Source: Mariprofundus sp. KV
GTDB lineage: Bacteria > Pseudomonadota > Zetaproteobacteria > Mariprofundales > Mariprofundaceae
Direction: 5' to 3'
Length of the DNA: 32,000 nt
NCBI RefSeq assembly: GCF_013387475.1
Contig: NZ_VWNB01000001.1
Coordinates: forward strand, 58,559-90,558
Numbering within the stretch: the first letter of the stretch is position 1; each line of letters begins with the position of its first letter. This document shows, piece by piece, positions 9,668 through 18,488 of the stretch. Made by a program: the position numbers and the translations under genes. The notes beneath the pieces were generated by a model. That model saw only the letters and a list, made by a program, of their open reading frames with translations. It did no database searches and was not told where the DNA came from.

Positions 9668-9735
9668 GATATCCCCTTGAGTTAAGCATCTCATTAGATG
9701 CAAGCATGATGCCAGTTTTCCCCCATTATGCCCTT

Positions 9736-9744
9736 TGATATAAT
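9736..9744 (+). promoter_or_regulatory. Perfect extended -10 element TGaTATAAT
   Basis: TG at 9736-9737 and TATAAT at 9739-9744, read directly. The -35 is weak (TTTTCC at a 17-nt spacing). No annotated + strand gene lies downstream. Confidence 0.3.
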
Positions 9745-9750
9745 TTGCCT

Positions 9751-9847
9751 ACTAAACAGCTCTGGCTAAACTCAGTGAAAAAATGGTTCATCGCAAATCC
9801 GCGATAAACCAAAAAAAAGGCCCCGCAATGCGGAGCCTTTTGGATTT
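9751..9847 (+). ncRNA. Candidate small RNA (~95 nt), hypothetical
   Basis: Bounded by the extended -10 at 9736-9744 and the hairpin GGCCCCGC-AAT-GCGGAGCC followed by TTTTGGATTT (9819-9847). Contains an internal hairpin ATCGC-AAATCC-GCGAT (9790-9805) and an A8 tract. No credible ORF. Confidence 0.25.
9811..9841 (-). terminator. Rho-independent terminator of the alpha cluster (after rplQ)
   Basis: On the minus strand, GGCUCCGC-AUU-GCGGGGCC (8 bp, one G.U) is followed immediately by U8, 25 nt downstream of the rplQ stop. Confidence 0.8.
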
Positions 9848-9865
9848 AGTCGTTAAGCTGGAAGC

Positions 9866-10252
9866 TTAAGCTTCAGTCGCCTCATCAGCAGCAGCGATGG
9901 TATCAACCAGTTCGATGATTGCCATTGGTGAAGCATCACCGGCACGGAAACCGGTCTTGATGATGCGGGTGTAACCACCGGCACGATCAGAACATGCTGC
10001 AGCAACATCACCGAACAGACGATCTACGATCGGACGGTAACGCAGTTTAGAGAGCGCCTGACGACGGGCATGCAGATCGCCACGTTTGCCAAGTGAAATC
10101 AGCTTCTCAGCGTATGGGCGCAGTGCGCGTGCTTTCGCTTCTGTGGTCTCAATGCGGCCATGTGTCAGCAGTGCTGTAGCCAGATTAGCCATCAGTGCGC
10201 GACGGTGTCCGGTTGGCAGGCCCAAAGAACCATGATGTTTACGATGTCTCAT
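9866..10252 (-). CDS. rplQ: 50S ribosomal protein L17
   Basis: MRHRKHHGSLGLPTGHRRALMANLA..ETT..KA..LRPYAEKLI matches bacterial L17. Last gene after rpoA. Confidence 0.96.
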   Translation of the reverse strand: MRHRKHHGSLGLPTGHRRALMANLATALLTHGRIETTEAKARALRPYAEKLISLGKRGDLHARRQALSKLRYRPIVDRLFGDVAAACSDRAGGYTRIIKTGFRAGDASPMAIIELVDTIAAADEATEA

Positions 10253-10286
10253 CTCTCGTATCCTCTATTCAATCGTTAAATGCGAT

Positions 10287-11264
10287 TCAGCTGTCGAGCG
10301 AATCGTTGGCATCCTGGGGTGGCCAGTTTTCCAGCTTCATTCCCAGTTCAAGGCCCATATTTTCAAGTACTTCTTTAATCTCGTTGAGAGACTTGCGGCC
10401 GAAGTTCGGCGTACGCAGCATCTCCTGCTCACTACGCTGAACCAGATCACCAACGCGGAACACATCATCAGACTTCAGGCAGTTCATAGAACGAACAGAG
10501 AGGTCAAGGTGTTCAATCGGCTGTGCCAGAAGGTCGTCAAGACCGTCATCTACAGCTTCAGCCGGTGCGCCCAGATCAATAGCAGCAAAATCAACAAATA
10601 CTGCCAACTGCTGCTCAAGAATGGCTGCCGCGGCATTGATCGCCTCTTCAGGACTCAATGAACCGTCAGTCTCAATCTCCATGATCAGTTTGTCGTAATC
10701 GGTGCGCTGACCAACACGAGCTGGTTCAACACGGGTAGCGACACGACGGGTAGGAGAGTAAGACGCATCAACCAGCAGAGAACCAACTGCACGCTCATCA
10801 ACCTCACGCTCAGATGCCGGATCATAACCACGACCCTTGGCAACAACCGCTTCAAACTTCAGGTGGCCATCGTCATTCAGGTGTGCCAGAACCAGTTCAG
10901 GGTTAAGAACCATCAAACCGGCAGGGCATTTGATATCAGCTGCAGTAACAACAGAAGAGCCCTTAACATCCAGAGAGATACTTGCTGAATCGTTGCCTTC
11001 CATACGAATGTCGAGCTCTTTCAGAGTCAGGATAATATCCATCACATCTTCACGAACACCCTTAATCGTATCGTACTCATGGGTAACACCATCGAAAGCA
11101 ACGGATGTTACAGCGGCACCTGGCAGTGACGAAAGCAGCATGCGACGCAGGCTGTTACCGATCGTGGTGCCATAACCACGTTCAAGAGGCTCGAACACGA
11201 TCTTGGCAGAACGGCCAACCACTTTTTCTTCAATGGTGATATTGCGCGGATTGATCAACTGCAT
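10287..11264 (-). CDS. rpoA: DNA-directed RNA polymerase subunit alpha
   Basis: 325 aa. N-terminal domain GYGTTIGNSLRRMLLSSLPGAA and C-terminal domain LDLSVRSMNCLK....VGDLV..SE.EML..PNFGRKSLNEIKEVL. Confidence 0.97.
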   Translation of the reverse strand: MQLINPRNITIEEKVVGRSAKIVFEPLERGYGTTIGNSLRRMLLSSLPGAAVTSVAFDGVTHEYDTIKGVREDVMDIILTLKELDIRMEGNDSASISLDVKGSSVVTAADIKCPAGLMVLNPELVLAHLNDDGHLKFEAVVAKGRGYDPASEREVDERAVGSLLVDASYSPTRRVATRVEPARVGQRTDYDKLIMEIETDGSLSPEEAINAAAAILEQQLAVFVDFAAIDLGAPAEAVDDGLDDLLAQPIEHLDLSVRSMNCLKSDDVFRVGDLVQRSEQEMLRTPNFGRKSLNEIKEVLENMGLELGMKLENWPPQDANDSLDS

Positions 11265-11281
11265 CTGTCGGCCCTCAGTGA

Positions 11282-11911
11282 TTACTTGGAATAAAGTTCA
11301 ACAATCAGCTGTTCACGGATACCCGCGTCAAGCTGATCACGAGCTGGAAGCTCACGGAAGGTACCCTGACGAGTTGGCAGATCAACATCCATCCACTCAG
11401 CAGTACCACGGTTTCCTGCAGCTTCAACTGCAGCAGTCACACGCAGGTGCTCCTTAGCAGAGTCAGCCAGCTCAAGACGGGCACCTACAGGTACACGCAT
11501 AGAAGGAATATTTGCTTCCTTACCATCAAGCTTAACCAGGCCATGACGTACAATCTGACGCGCTTCAGTACGGGATGAAGCCATACCCATGCGGTAGATC
11601 ACATTGTCTAGGCGAGACTCAATCAGGTGCAGCAGGTTCAGACCTGTAATGCCAGGCATGGCATCAGCAGACTTGAAGTAGCTGCGGAACTGCTTCTCCT
11701 GCAGACCATAGATACGCTTAACTTTCTGTTTTTCACGAAGCTGCATACCATAATCGGAGACCTTGCTGCGACGGTTTTGACCGTGCATACCAGGTGCATA
11801 AGGGCGACGCTCGATCGGACATTTGTCCGAGTAGCATTTGCTTCCCTTGATATACAGTTTTTCGCCTTCACGCCTGCACAGGCGGCATTTGGCTTCCAGA
11901 TAACGTGCCAT
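11282..11911 (-). CDS. rpsD: 30S ribosomal protein S4 (Cys4 N-terminal form)
   Basis: MARYLEAKCRLCRREGEKLYIKGSKCYSDKCP... with Cys at positions 9, 12, 26 and 31. S4 domain RLDNVIYRMGMASSR.EARQIV.HG. Confidence 0.97.
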   Translation of the reverse strand: MARYLEAKCRLCRREGEKLYIKGSKCYSDKCPIERRPYAPGMHGQNRRSKVSDYGMQLREKQKVKRIYGLQEKQFRSYFKSADAMPGITGLNLLHLIESRLDNVIYRMGMASSRTEARQIVRHGLVKLDGKEANIPSMRVPVGARLELADSAKEHLRVTAAVEAAGNRGTAEWMDVDLPTRQGTFRELPARDQLDAGIREQLIVELYSK

Positions 11912-11923
11912 TTAATAATACTC

Positions 11924-12325
11924 CTAAACGCGGCGCCGCTTGGGCGGGCGACATCCATTATGTGGAATTGGGGTAACATCACGAATAGACGTGACATTGA
12001 TACCTACGGCTGAAATTGCACGCAGTGCAGATTCACGGCCGTTGCCTGGTCCACGAACCAGAACTGAACAGTTCTTCACGCCGTGATCCATAGCCTTACG
12101 TGCAGCATCTTCTGCAGCAACCTGAGCCGCGAACGGAGTGCTTTTACGTGAGCCTTTGAAGCCTGAACCACCACTGGTTGCCCAGCAGATTGCGTTACCG
12201 GCATCATCGGTAAAGGTAATAATTGTATTGTTAAAGCTTGCCTTGATGTGAGCAACAGCGTTGGCAATATTCTTGCGAACGCGTTTCTTAGCAGGAGCAG
12301 CTTTTCCTTTCTTAGGTGCAGCCAT
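11924..12325 (-). CDS. rpsK: 30S ribosomal protein S11
   Basis: [43 protein letters not shown] is the S11 signature. Confidence 0.97.
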   Translation of the reverse strand: MAAPKKGKAAPAKKRVRKNIANAVAHIKASFNNTIITFTDDAGNAICWATSGGSGFKGSRKSTPFAAQVAAEDAARKAMDHGVKNCSVLVRGPGNGRESALRAISAVGINVTSIRDVTPIPHNGCRPPKRRRV

Positions 12326-12336
12326 CGTCTATCCCC

Positions 12337-12705
12337 TTACTTCTTCTTGCCGGCTACTGTACGACGCGGTCCTTTGCGGGTACGGGCATTGGTCTTACTG
12401 CGCTGTCCACGAACAGGCAGCCCTTTGCGGTGACGAAGACCACGGTAGCAACCAAGATCTGTCAGACGCTTAATGTTCATGGTCACTTCACGACGAAGAT
12501 CACCTTCAACATTGTATGACTCATCGATCACAGTGCGGATCTTTGCGACATCATCGTCACTCAAATCTTTCACACGCGTGTCAGCATCTACACCTGCTTT
12601 GGCGAGGATATTCTTCGAACTAGTCGATCCAATACCAAAGATGTAGGTAAGCGCGATAACCACACGCTTCTGAGTCGGAATATTTACACCCGAAATACGA
12701 GCCAC
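12337..12705 (-). CDS. rpsM: 30S ribosomal protein S13
   Basis: (GTG start) [25 protein letters not shown]..; SD AAGGAGG lies 6 nt upstream. Confidence 0.97.
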   Translation of the reverse strand: MARISGVNIPTQKRVVIALTYIFGIGSTSSKNILAKAGVDADTRVKDLSDDDVAKIRTVIDESYNVEGDLRREVTMNIKRLTDLGCYRGLRHRKGLPVRGQRSKTNARTRKGPRRTVAGKKK

Positions 12706-12725
12706 TTCTTGCCTCCTTAGGCCTT

Positions 12726-12768
12726 AAGAAAAAGGGCGCGAACAATAGCCATAAGGCTGCTCTCGCGC
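12726..12768 (-). promoter_or_regulatory. Terminator-like / regulatory hairpin in the rpmJ-rpsM spacer
   Basis: On the minus strand, GCGCGA..AGCC-UUAU-GGCU..UCGCGC is followed by CCUUUUUCUU and then directly by the rpsM SD. No room remains for a promoter downstream, so this is more likely an attenuator, processing site or r-protein binding structure than a full stop. Confidence 0.4.
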
Positions 12769-12775
12769 AACTTAC

Positions 12776-12889
12776 TTAACCCTGACGCTGTTTATGACGT
12801 GCGTTCTCGCAAATAATGCGGACAACGCCTTTACGGCGAATCACACGACACTTGTTACACATTTTCTTGACTGATGCTCGGACTTTCAC
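12776..12889 (-). CDS. rpmJ: 50S ribosomal protein L36 (37 aa, Cys3His zinc form); absent from the ORF track
   Basis: Hand translation of the minus strand gives (GTG)[36 protein letters not shown] followed by TAA. SD GAGGAGG lies 8 nt upstream of the GTG. Confidence 0.93.
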   Translation of the reverse strand: MKVRASVKKMCNKCRVIRRKGVVRIICENARHKQRQG

Positions 12890-12925
12890 GCCTGGCACCT
12901 CCTCAAAATCAATTCACCGGAATCC

Positions 12926-12949
12926 GGCACAGGCCATAAATGGCCTGCC
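12926..12949 (-). other. Stable stem-loop ~35 nt upstream of the rpmJ SD
   Basis: On the minus strand, GGCAGGCC(AU)-UUAU-(AU)GGCCUG(U)GCC forms ~10 bp with one bulge. No U-tract follows. Confidence 0.4.
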
Positions 12950-13014
12950 AAAACCGCTCACTTGCGTGACTGGTTTTGAGTGCAAGGTCAAAATTAAGCG
13001 TTTGCCCTTGCGTT

Positions 13015-13044
13015 ATGAAAAACCAGACAGATCCGGCTTTTCAT
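13015..13044 (-). terminator. Putative intrinsic terminator/attenuator after infA
   Basis: On the minus strand, AUGAAAAGCCGGA-UCUG-UCUGGUUUUUCAU forms a 13-bp hairpin (two G.U pairs) whose 3' arm runs into U5. It starts 10 nt after the infA stop. Confidence 0.5.
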
Positions 13045-13053
13045 ACAAACAAA

Positions 13054-13272
13054 CTATTTTTCGCGGTAGCTGATACGACCACGAGACAGGTCGTACGGAG
13101 AGATCTCCACAGTAACCTTATCGCCAGGAAGAATACGGATGTAGTACTTCCTCATTTTTCCAGAAATGGTGCACAACAACTCATGCCCGTTTTCCAGTTT
13201 AACCTTAAACATTGCGTTCGGGAGCTTTTCAACCACTTCCCCTGACATCTCAATAATATCTTCTTTCGCCAT
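13054..13272 (-). CDS. infA: Translation initiation factor IF-1
   Basis: [69 protein letters not shown] is canonical IF-1. Confidence 0.97.
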   Translation of the reverse strand: MAKEDIIEMSGEVVEKLPNAMFKVKLENGHELLCTISGKMRKYYIRILPGDKVTVEISPYDLSRGRISYREK

Positions 13273-13274
13273 GT

Positions 13275-13916
13275 TTAATTCACTACCGCCTGTTTAAGTC
13301 CGGCATACACCAGATCCATTTCCCCGGAAGCGTCGATCCTGCTGAAACCCTCTCTGCCCTGGTAATAACCCAGCAGCGGTTCAGTCTGTTCCTGATACAC
13401 TTCCAAACGGTGGGCGATCACATCTTCGCGATCATCGTCCCGCTGGTAAAGCTCGCCACTACAGCGATCGCAATACCCCGATTTTTGGGGCGGTGAATAC
13501 TGCCTATGAAATCCAAAACCGCAAGCCCTGCAAATCAATCGGCCCGAAAGCCTCTCCAGCAGATTCTCTTTTGGTGCATCCATAAACACAACATGGTCAA
13601 TGCTAACACCATGTTTAGCCAACATTGCATCCAGCGCCTGTGCCTGTGGCACATTGCGAGGGAAGCCATCGAGCAGGAAACCTGCATCTTTGTCAGCAGA
13701 AATTTTCTCTTCAATCATGGCCACAACCACGGCATCAGGAACCAGTTTGCCGCCATCCATGAATGCCTTGGCCTTCAAGCCAGCCTCGGTACCTTCGCGC
13801 ACAGCTGCACGCAGCAGGTCACCCATGGCCATGTGCTGGATGCCCTCTTCAGTTGCGAGCCTTTCACCCTGCGTGCCTTTACCAACACCCGGGGGGCCAA
13901 AAAGAATCAGATTCAT
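13275..13916 (-). CDS. adk: Adenylate kinase (Cys4 LID form)
   Basis: P-loop [10 protein letters not shown] and a LID with CRACG...CDRCSG. The ATG overlaps the secY stop by 1 nt (TAATG). Confidence 0.96.
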   Translation of the reverse strand: MNLILFGPPGVGKGTQGERLATEEGIQHMAMGDLLRAAVREGTEAGLKAKAFMDGGKLVPDAVVVAMIEEKISADKDAGFLLDGFPRNVPQAQALDAMLAKHGVSIDHVVFMDAPKENLLERLSGRLICRACGFGFHRQYSPPQKSGYCDRCSGELYQRDDDREDVIAHRLEVYQEQTEPLLGYYQGREGFSRIDASGEMDLVYAGLKQAVVN

Positions 13917-15247
13917 TACTTACCGGTTTTCAGGCGGGCTTTTTTCATCAGCCCCTCATACTGATGACTCATCAGATGGGACTGAATCTGACCCATGGTG
14001 TCCATCGTAACCACCACGACGATCAGCAGGGATGTACCACCGAAATAGAACGGTACGGAGAGCTCAGCGATCAACCATTCCGGCAGAAGACATACCATGC
14101 TCACATAGGCTGCGCCAACGACGGTGATGCGTGTAAGTACGGCATCAACATATTCGGCTGTTTTCTGACCAGGACGAATACCCGGAATGAAACCACCATT
14201 CTTCTTCAGGTTGTCTGCCGTATCCTTAGGGTTAAAGACAATAGCAGTGTAGAAGAAGCAGAAGAATACGATCAGACCAGTGAACAGCAGCATGTAGAGC
14301 CACGCACCCGGCGAAAGAATTGCAGAGATATCAGTCAGCCACTCAAAACCTGGCGTACTCTTGGTAAACTGTGCAAATGTAGCCGGCAGAAGAATCAGGG
14401 ATGAGGCAAAGATCGGCGGAATCACGCCGGCAGTGTTCACCTTCAGCGGCAGGAAGGATGATTTGCCACCGTAAAGACGATTGCCCACCTGACGCTTGGC
14501 ATACTGGATTGGAATACGTCGCTGGGCGCGTTCAAACCAAACCACCAATGCAGTCACAAGCAGTGCCATAGCAAACAGGGAGAGGACAGTAAACGCTGAA
14601 TACTCGCCGGTACGCGCCAATTCGAGTGTACCACCAATCGCTGAAGGCAGGCCTGCAGCAATACCGGCAAAGATGATCAGTGAGATGCCGTTACCGATAC
14701 CACGTTCGGTAATCTGCTCACCCAGCCACATCAGGAACATGGTACCTGTTACCAGCGTAATCACCGTCATAGCACGGAAAGCCAGACCGGGCTCAATCAC
14801 AACACCCTGACCACCAACTGAGAACTGCTCCAGACCGATAGAGATACCGATACCCTGGAAGGTTGCCAGCACCAGCGTAAAGTAACGGGTATATTCGGTG
14901 ATCTTACGACGCCCGGACTCACCCTCTTTCTTCAGCTGTTCAAGTTTGGGAGATACAACTGTCATCAGCTGAATAATAATTGCAGCCGAAATGTATGGCA
15001 TAATACCCAGAGCAAAAATAGTCAGACGCGAAAGCGCACCACCGGAAAACATATCAAACATGCCCAGTAGTGATCCCTGTGCCTGACTGAAGAACTGAGC
15101 CAGAACAGCAGCATCGATACCCGGAACAGGAATATGCGCGCCGATACGATATACGATCAGCATTCCCAGGGTGAACAGGATGCGGCTCTTCAGCTCTGGA
15201 ATCTTACCGATGTTTCCAAAGCCGCCCATTGCTCCAGCTTGTGCCAT
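13916..15247 (-). CDS. secY: Preprotein translocase subunit SecY
   Basis: 443-aa polytopic membrane protein with [19 protein letters not shown]-type motifs, in the expected position between rplO and adk. Confidence 0.97.
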   Translation of the reverse strand: MAQAGAMGGFGNIGKIPELKSRILFTLGMLIVYRIGAHIPVPGIDAAVLAQFFSQAQGSLLGMFDMFSGGALSRLTIFALGIMPYISAAIIIQLMTVVSPKLEQLKKEGESGRRKITEYTRYFTLVLATFQGIGISIGLEQFSVGGQGVVIEPGLAFRAMTVITLVTGTMFLMWLGEQITERGIGNGISLIIFAGIAAGLPSAIGGTLELARTGEYSAFTVLSLFAMALLVTALVVWFERAQRRIPIQYAKRQVGNRLYGGKSSFLPLKVNTAGVIPPIFASSLILLPATFAQFTKSTPGFEWLTDISAILSPGAWLYMLLFTGLIVFFCFFYTAIVFNPKDTADNLKKNGGFIPGIRPGQKTAEYVDAVLTRITVVGAAYVSMVCLLPEWLIAELSVPFYFGGTSLLIVVVVTMDTMGQIQSHLMSHQYEGLMKKARLKTGK

Positions 15248-15251
15248 AGAA

Positions 15252-15704
15252 TTATGCCTCAGCCTTTGCCAGGTTCAGTGTGCCGCCAGCTGCTGCCACT
15301 TTCGCAGCTGCCTGTGCAGATGCGGCAGTAACAGAGACGGTTACCTTTTTGGTAAGCTCACCAGTTGCCAGCAGCTTGATCGGATCCACAGCACTGCGAA
15401 CCAGACCTGCATCAAAAAGTGCAGCCGCATCAACAGCTGCGCCATCATCAAATGCGTTAAGCTGACCCAGGTTAATCACCTGGAGATCATTATCGATGCG
15501 AGCAGTAAAACCACGTTTAGGAACACGGCGAATCAGTGGCATCTGGCCACCCTCGAAACCGCGGGCTACTTTACCACCGGAACGGGATTTCTGACCTTTG
15601 TGGCCACGACCACCAGTCTTACCGTTGCCGGACGCAATGCCCTGACCTTTACGCTTACGATCCTTGCGGGCACCGTCAGTTGCTTTCAGTTCATTCAGTT
15701 TCAT
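15252..15704 (-). CDS. rplO: 50S ribosomal protein L15
   Basis: [44 protein letters not shown] is the L15 signature. Confidence 0.96.
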   Translation of the reverse strand: MKLNELKATDGARKDRKRKGQGIASGNGKTGGRGHKGQKSRSGGKVARGFEGGQMPLIRRVPKRGFTARIDNDLQVINLGQLNAFDDGAAVDAAALFDAGLVRSAVDPIKLLATGELTKKVTVSVTAASAQAAAKVAAAGGTLNLAKAEA

Positions 15705-15707
15705 CTC

Positions 15708-15899
15708 TTACTCTCCGGACTCAATACGAACGAGATGACGCACCTTGTTCACCATACCGCGAACAGAAGGGGTATCTTCCAGCTCTACAACCTGATTCAT
15801 ACGACGGAAACCCAGACCTACCAGAGTTGCCCTCTGATCTTTGGCGTAACCGATACCGCTCTTAAACTGGCGGATGCGAATAGTCTCTTTCTTAGCCAT
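15708..15899 (-). CDS. rpmD: 50S ribosomal protein L30
   Basis: 63 aa. IRIRQFKSGIGYAKDQRATLVGLGFRRMNQVVELEDTPSVRGMVNKVRHLV. Confidence 0.95.
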   Translation of the reverse strand: MAKKETIRIRQFKSGIGYAKDQRATLVGLGFRRMNQVVELEDTPSVRGMVNKVRHLVRIESGE

Positions 15900-15917
15900 T
15901 TGAAACTCCTAATCCGA

Positions 15918-16397
15918 TTAAGCGGACTTGCCACGACGGGTGGCAATCTGCTCAGGGCTTTCCAGTTCTTTCAAACCGTTAAAGGTAGCGCGCACGGTAT
16001 TCAGTGCATTACGGGAACCGAGTGATTTGGTCAGAATATCTTTGATGCCGACAGCATCAAGTACTGCACGTACCGCAGAACCTGCGATTACGCCGGTACC
16101 TTCGGAGGCGGGCTTAAGCATCACACGCGTTGCATCCTGAATGCCAATCACTTTATAGTGAATGGTACCCTCTTTGCGTGGTACAAAGATAATTGATTTC
16201 TTGGCAATGTCGGTAGCCTTGCGGATCGCTTCAGGAACCTCTTTCGCTTTGGCATGACCAAAACCGATGTGCCCATTGCCATCACCAACTACCATCAGAG
16301 CGGAGAAGCTCATGCGACGTCCACCGGATGTTGTTTTGGCGATACGGTTGATCGTAATCAGTTTCTCGTTCAGTTCCAATTCGTCTACATTGATCAT
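15918..16397 (-). CDS. rpsE: 30S ribosomal protein S5
   Basis: [53 protein letters not shown] is the S5 signature. Confidence 0.96.
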   Translation of the reverse strand: MINVDELELNEKLITINRIAKTTSGGRRMSFSALMVVGDGNGHIGFGHAKAKEVPEAIRKATDIAKKSIIFVPRKEGTIHYKVIGIQDATRVMLKPASEGTGVIAGSAVRAVLDAVGIKDILTKSLGSRNALNTVRATFNGLKELESPEQIATRRGKSA

Positions 16398-16410
16398 CTT
16401 CTATAATCTC

Positions 16411-16764
16411 CTAGAACTTCAAGCCGCCGGCACGGGCGCCTTCTGCCAGTGCCTTTACGCGACCATGGTATGAGAAGCGGCCACGATCGAAAGCAACTTC
16501 ACTGATACCCGCTTTAACAGCGCGCTCGGCAATTAATTTTCCTACCTCTTCTGCGCCAGTTCTGTTGCCACCGGATTTAACGGTAGCGTCCAGGCTGGAT
16601 GCAGTTGCCAATGTTGTACCATTAGCATCGTCGATTACCTGCGCATAGATATGGCGGGCAGAACGAAAAATACTCAGACGAAGGCGGCCGGTGGCCTTAA
16701 CGCGAGCGCGAACCTTGCGAGCACGGCGCACAGCGCCATTGGATTCATAACGTTTAACAGACAT
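16411..16764 (-). CDS. rplR: 50S ribosomal protein L18
   Basis: [20 protein letters not shown]...[26 protein letters not shown]. Confidence 0.96.
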   Translation of the reverse strand: MSVKRYESNGAVRRARKVRARVKATGRLRLSIFRSARHIYAQVIDDANGTTLATASSLDATVKSGGNRTGAEEVGKLIAERAVKAGISEVAFDRGRFSYHGRVKALAEGARAGGLKF

Positions 16765-16788
16765 CTCTTATCTCCTAACCTGTCGCCC

Positions 16789-17322
16789 TTAAGCCTTCTT
16801 GCCTTCTTTCATCGCTACATACTCACCGACGTAACGGACACCCTTGCCTTTATAAGGCTCTGGTGGACGGTAAGCGCGGATCTCTGCAGCAACCTGGCCA
16901 ACCTTCTGCTTATCGATACCGGATACAGTAATAATGCTTGCATCAACAGCTGCATCTACGCCATCAGGCAGCGCATAGATAACCGGATGTGAGAAACCAA
17001 GGGAGAGATTCAGATTCTTACCCTGTGCCTGGGCACGATAACCAACGCCGCGCAGCTCAAGCTTCTTCTCAAAACCTGTAGTTACACCGGTAATGTTGTT
17101 TGCGATCAGCATGCGAGCCAGACCGAAGAAAGATTTTGTCTTCTTGGTCTCAAGATCGTCACACTTCACAGTCAGAGTGTTTCCCTCCTGCTCAACAGAG
17201 ATACCTGCGAACAGAGGAGAGGTGAGTTCACCCTTTGCGCCCTTAACCGTTACCGAGTCGTCATTCAGACGAATCTCAACTCCGGCAGGGATATTAATAG
17301 GTTCTTTACCAACACGTGACAT
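16789..17322 (-). CDS. rplF: 50S ribosomal protein L6
   Basis: MSRVGKEPINIPAGVEIRL...LELRGVGYRA...GFSHPV. Confidence 0.96.
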   Translation of the reverse strand: MSRVGKEPINIPAGVEIRLNDDSVTVKGAKGELTSPLFAGISVEQEGNTLTVKCDDLETKKTKSFFGLARMLIANNITGVTTGFEKKLELRGVGYRAQAQGKNLNLSLGFSHPVIYALPDGVDAAVDASIITVSGIDKQKVGQVAAEIRAYRPPEPYKGKGVRYVGEYVAMKEGKKA

Positions 17323-17330
17323 AACTTACC

Positions 17331-17726
17331 TCAAAATACCGTACAGAGAACTTCGCCGCCGATTGCTGCAGCACGAGCTTTCTTGTCGGTCATAATGCCC
17401 TGAGAGGTGCTCACTACAGCAACACCGTAACCGGACTTCACACGCGGGATCTCATCGGCGCCAACATAAACACGGCGTCCAGATTTTGAGATGCGTTTAA
17501 TCTCATGAATAATCGCTTTACCGTCGTCATCATAGCGCAGGGTCAGGCGCAGGAAACGGTGTCCCTTGTGGTTGTAGGCTTTCACAGCAGCGATATAGCC
17601 CTCTTCCTTAAGTACTTCAGCGATAGCCAGCAGAGCGTTACTCGCAGGCATCTCAACCTTTTCAATTCCAGCCGTCTGCGCGTTACGAATACGCGTCAAC
17701 ATGTCGGCAATACGGTCCATCATCAT
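17331..17726 (-). CDS. rpsH: 30S ribosomal protein S8 (131 aa)
   Basis: MMMDRIADMLTRIRNAQ... matches the S8 N-terminus. The 60-codon upstream extension in the ORF track runs through rpsN and is rejected. Confidence 0.95.
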   Translation of the reverse strand: MMMDRIADMLTRIRNAQTAGIEKVEMPASNALLAIAEVLKEEGYIAAVKAYNHKGHRFLRLTLRYDDDGKAIIHEIKRISKSGRRVYVGADEIPRVKSGYGVAVVSTSQGIMTDKKARAAAIGGEVLCTVF

Positions 17727-17739
17727 AGTTCTATACCCC

Positions 17740-17925
17740 TTACCAGCTCGACTTAACCATGCCAGGTATTTCACCGGCAAGGGCATGCTTGCGCAGGCAG
17801 ATACGGCACATACCGAGTTTACGGTAAACAGAGTGCGGACGACCGCACAGCTGACAGCGTGTATAAGCGCGAACTTTGAATTTTGGTTTACGATTGCATT
17901 TGACAATCATTCTTGTTGAAGCCAT
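17740..17925 (-). CDS. rpsN: 30S ribosomal protein S14, short zinc-binding (type Z) form, 61 aa
   Basis: [47 protein letters not shown] with CxxC...CxxC. Confidence 0.95.
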   Translation of the reverse strand: MASTRMIVKCNRKPKFKVRAYTRCQLCGRPHSVYRKLGMCRICLRKHALAGEIPGMVKSSW

Positions 17926-17937
17926 GAGCTAACCCTC

Positions 17938-18477
17938 TTAAGTGCGGAACGGCATACTGAACTGTTTCAGCAGTGCACGTCCCTCATCGTTGGTGTTCGC
18001 AGTGGTACAGATAGTGATATCCATGCCGCGAACCTTATCCACCTGATCATATTCGATTTCCGGAAAAATGATCTGCTCTTTCAGACCCAGCGTGTAGTTG
18101 CCGCGGCCATCAAATGATTTAGGTGAAACACCCTTGAAATCGCGAATACGTGGCAGAGCAATATTGACCAGACGGTCAAGGAACTCCCACATCTGATCGC
18201 CACGCAGAGTTACGCGGCAGCCGACAACCATGCCGTCACGCAGCTTGAAGTTTGCAATAGACTTGCGAGCACGTGTAGTCACAGGTTTCTGACCGGTAAT
18301 TGCGGTCATGTCAGCCAGTGCGCCTTCAATCGCTTTCGAGTTCTGAGACGCTTCGCCCACACCCATATTGACCACGATCTTGGTAAGACCGGGGATCTGC
18401 ATCGGGTTGCTGTAGCCGAACTCTTCCTTCAGCGCAGGCACAACCGTCTCTTTATAAAATTCCTTCAAACGAGCCAT
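17938..18477 (-). CDS. rplE: 50S ribosomal protein L5
   Basis: [43 protein letters not shown]. Confidence 0.97.
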   Translation of the reverse strand: MARLKEFYKETVVPALKEEFGYSNPMQIPGLTKIVVNMGVGEASQNSKAIEGALADMTAITGQKPVTTRARKSIANFKLRDGMVVGCRVTLRGDQMWEFLDRLVNIALPRIRDFKGVSPKSFDGRGNYTLGLKEQIIFPEIEYDQVDKVRGMDITICTTANTNDEGRALLKQFSMPFRT

Positions 18478-18488
18478 TGTCGAAACTC

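Noticed and set aside
9783-9869. A 28-codon ORF (MVHRKSAINQKKGPAMRSLLDLVVKLEA) inside the candidate sRNA.
   Set aside because: No SD upstream. It reads straight through the terminator hairpin and into the rplQ stop codon, and nothing in the composition suggests selection for coding.
13015-13044. A 16-codon mini-ORF (MKSRICLVFHNARANA) starting in the post-infA hairpin, considered as a possible leader peptide.
   Set aside because: No SD. The ATG is sequestered in the stem, and there are no runs of a regulatory amino acid. The hairpin-plus-U5 interpretation is sufficient.
17727-17906. A 60-codon N-terminal extension of the S8 ORF (ORF track 17331-17906).
   Set aside because: The extension runs through rpsN in another frame and has no similarity to S8. 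The conserved S8 N-terminus (MMMDRIADMLTRIRNA) starts at 17726, 13 nt after the rpsN stop.
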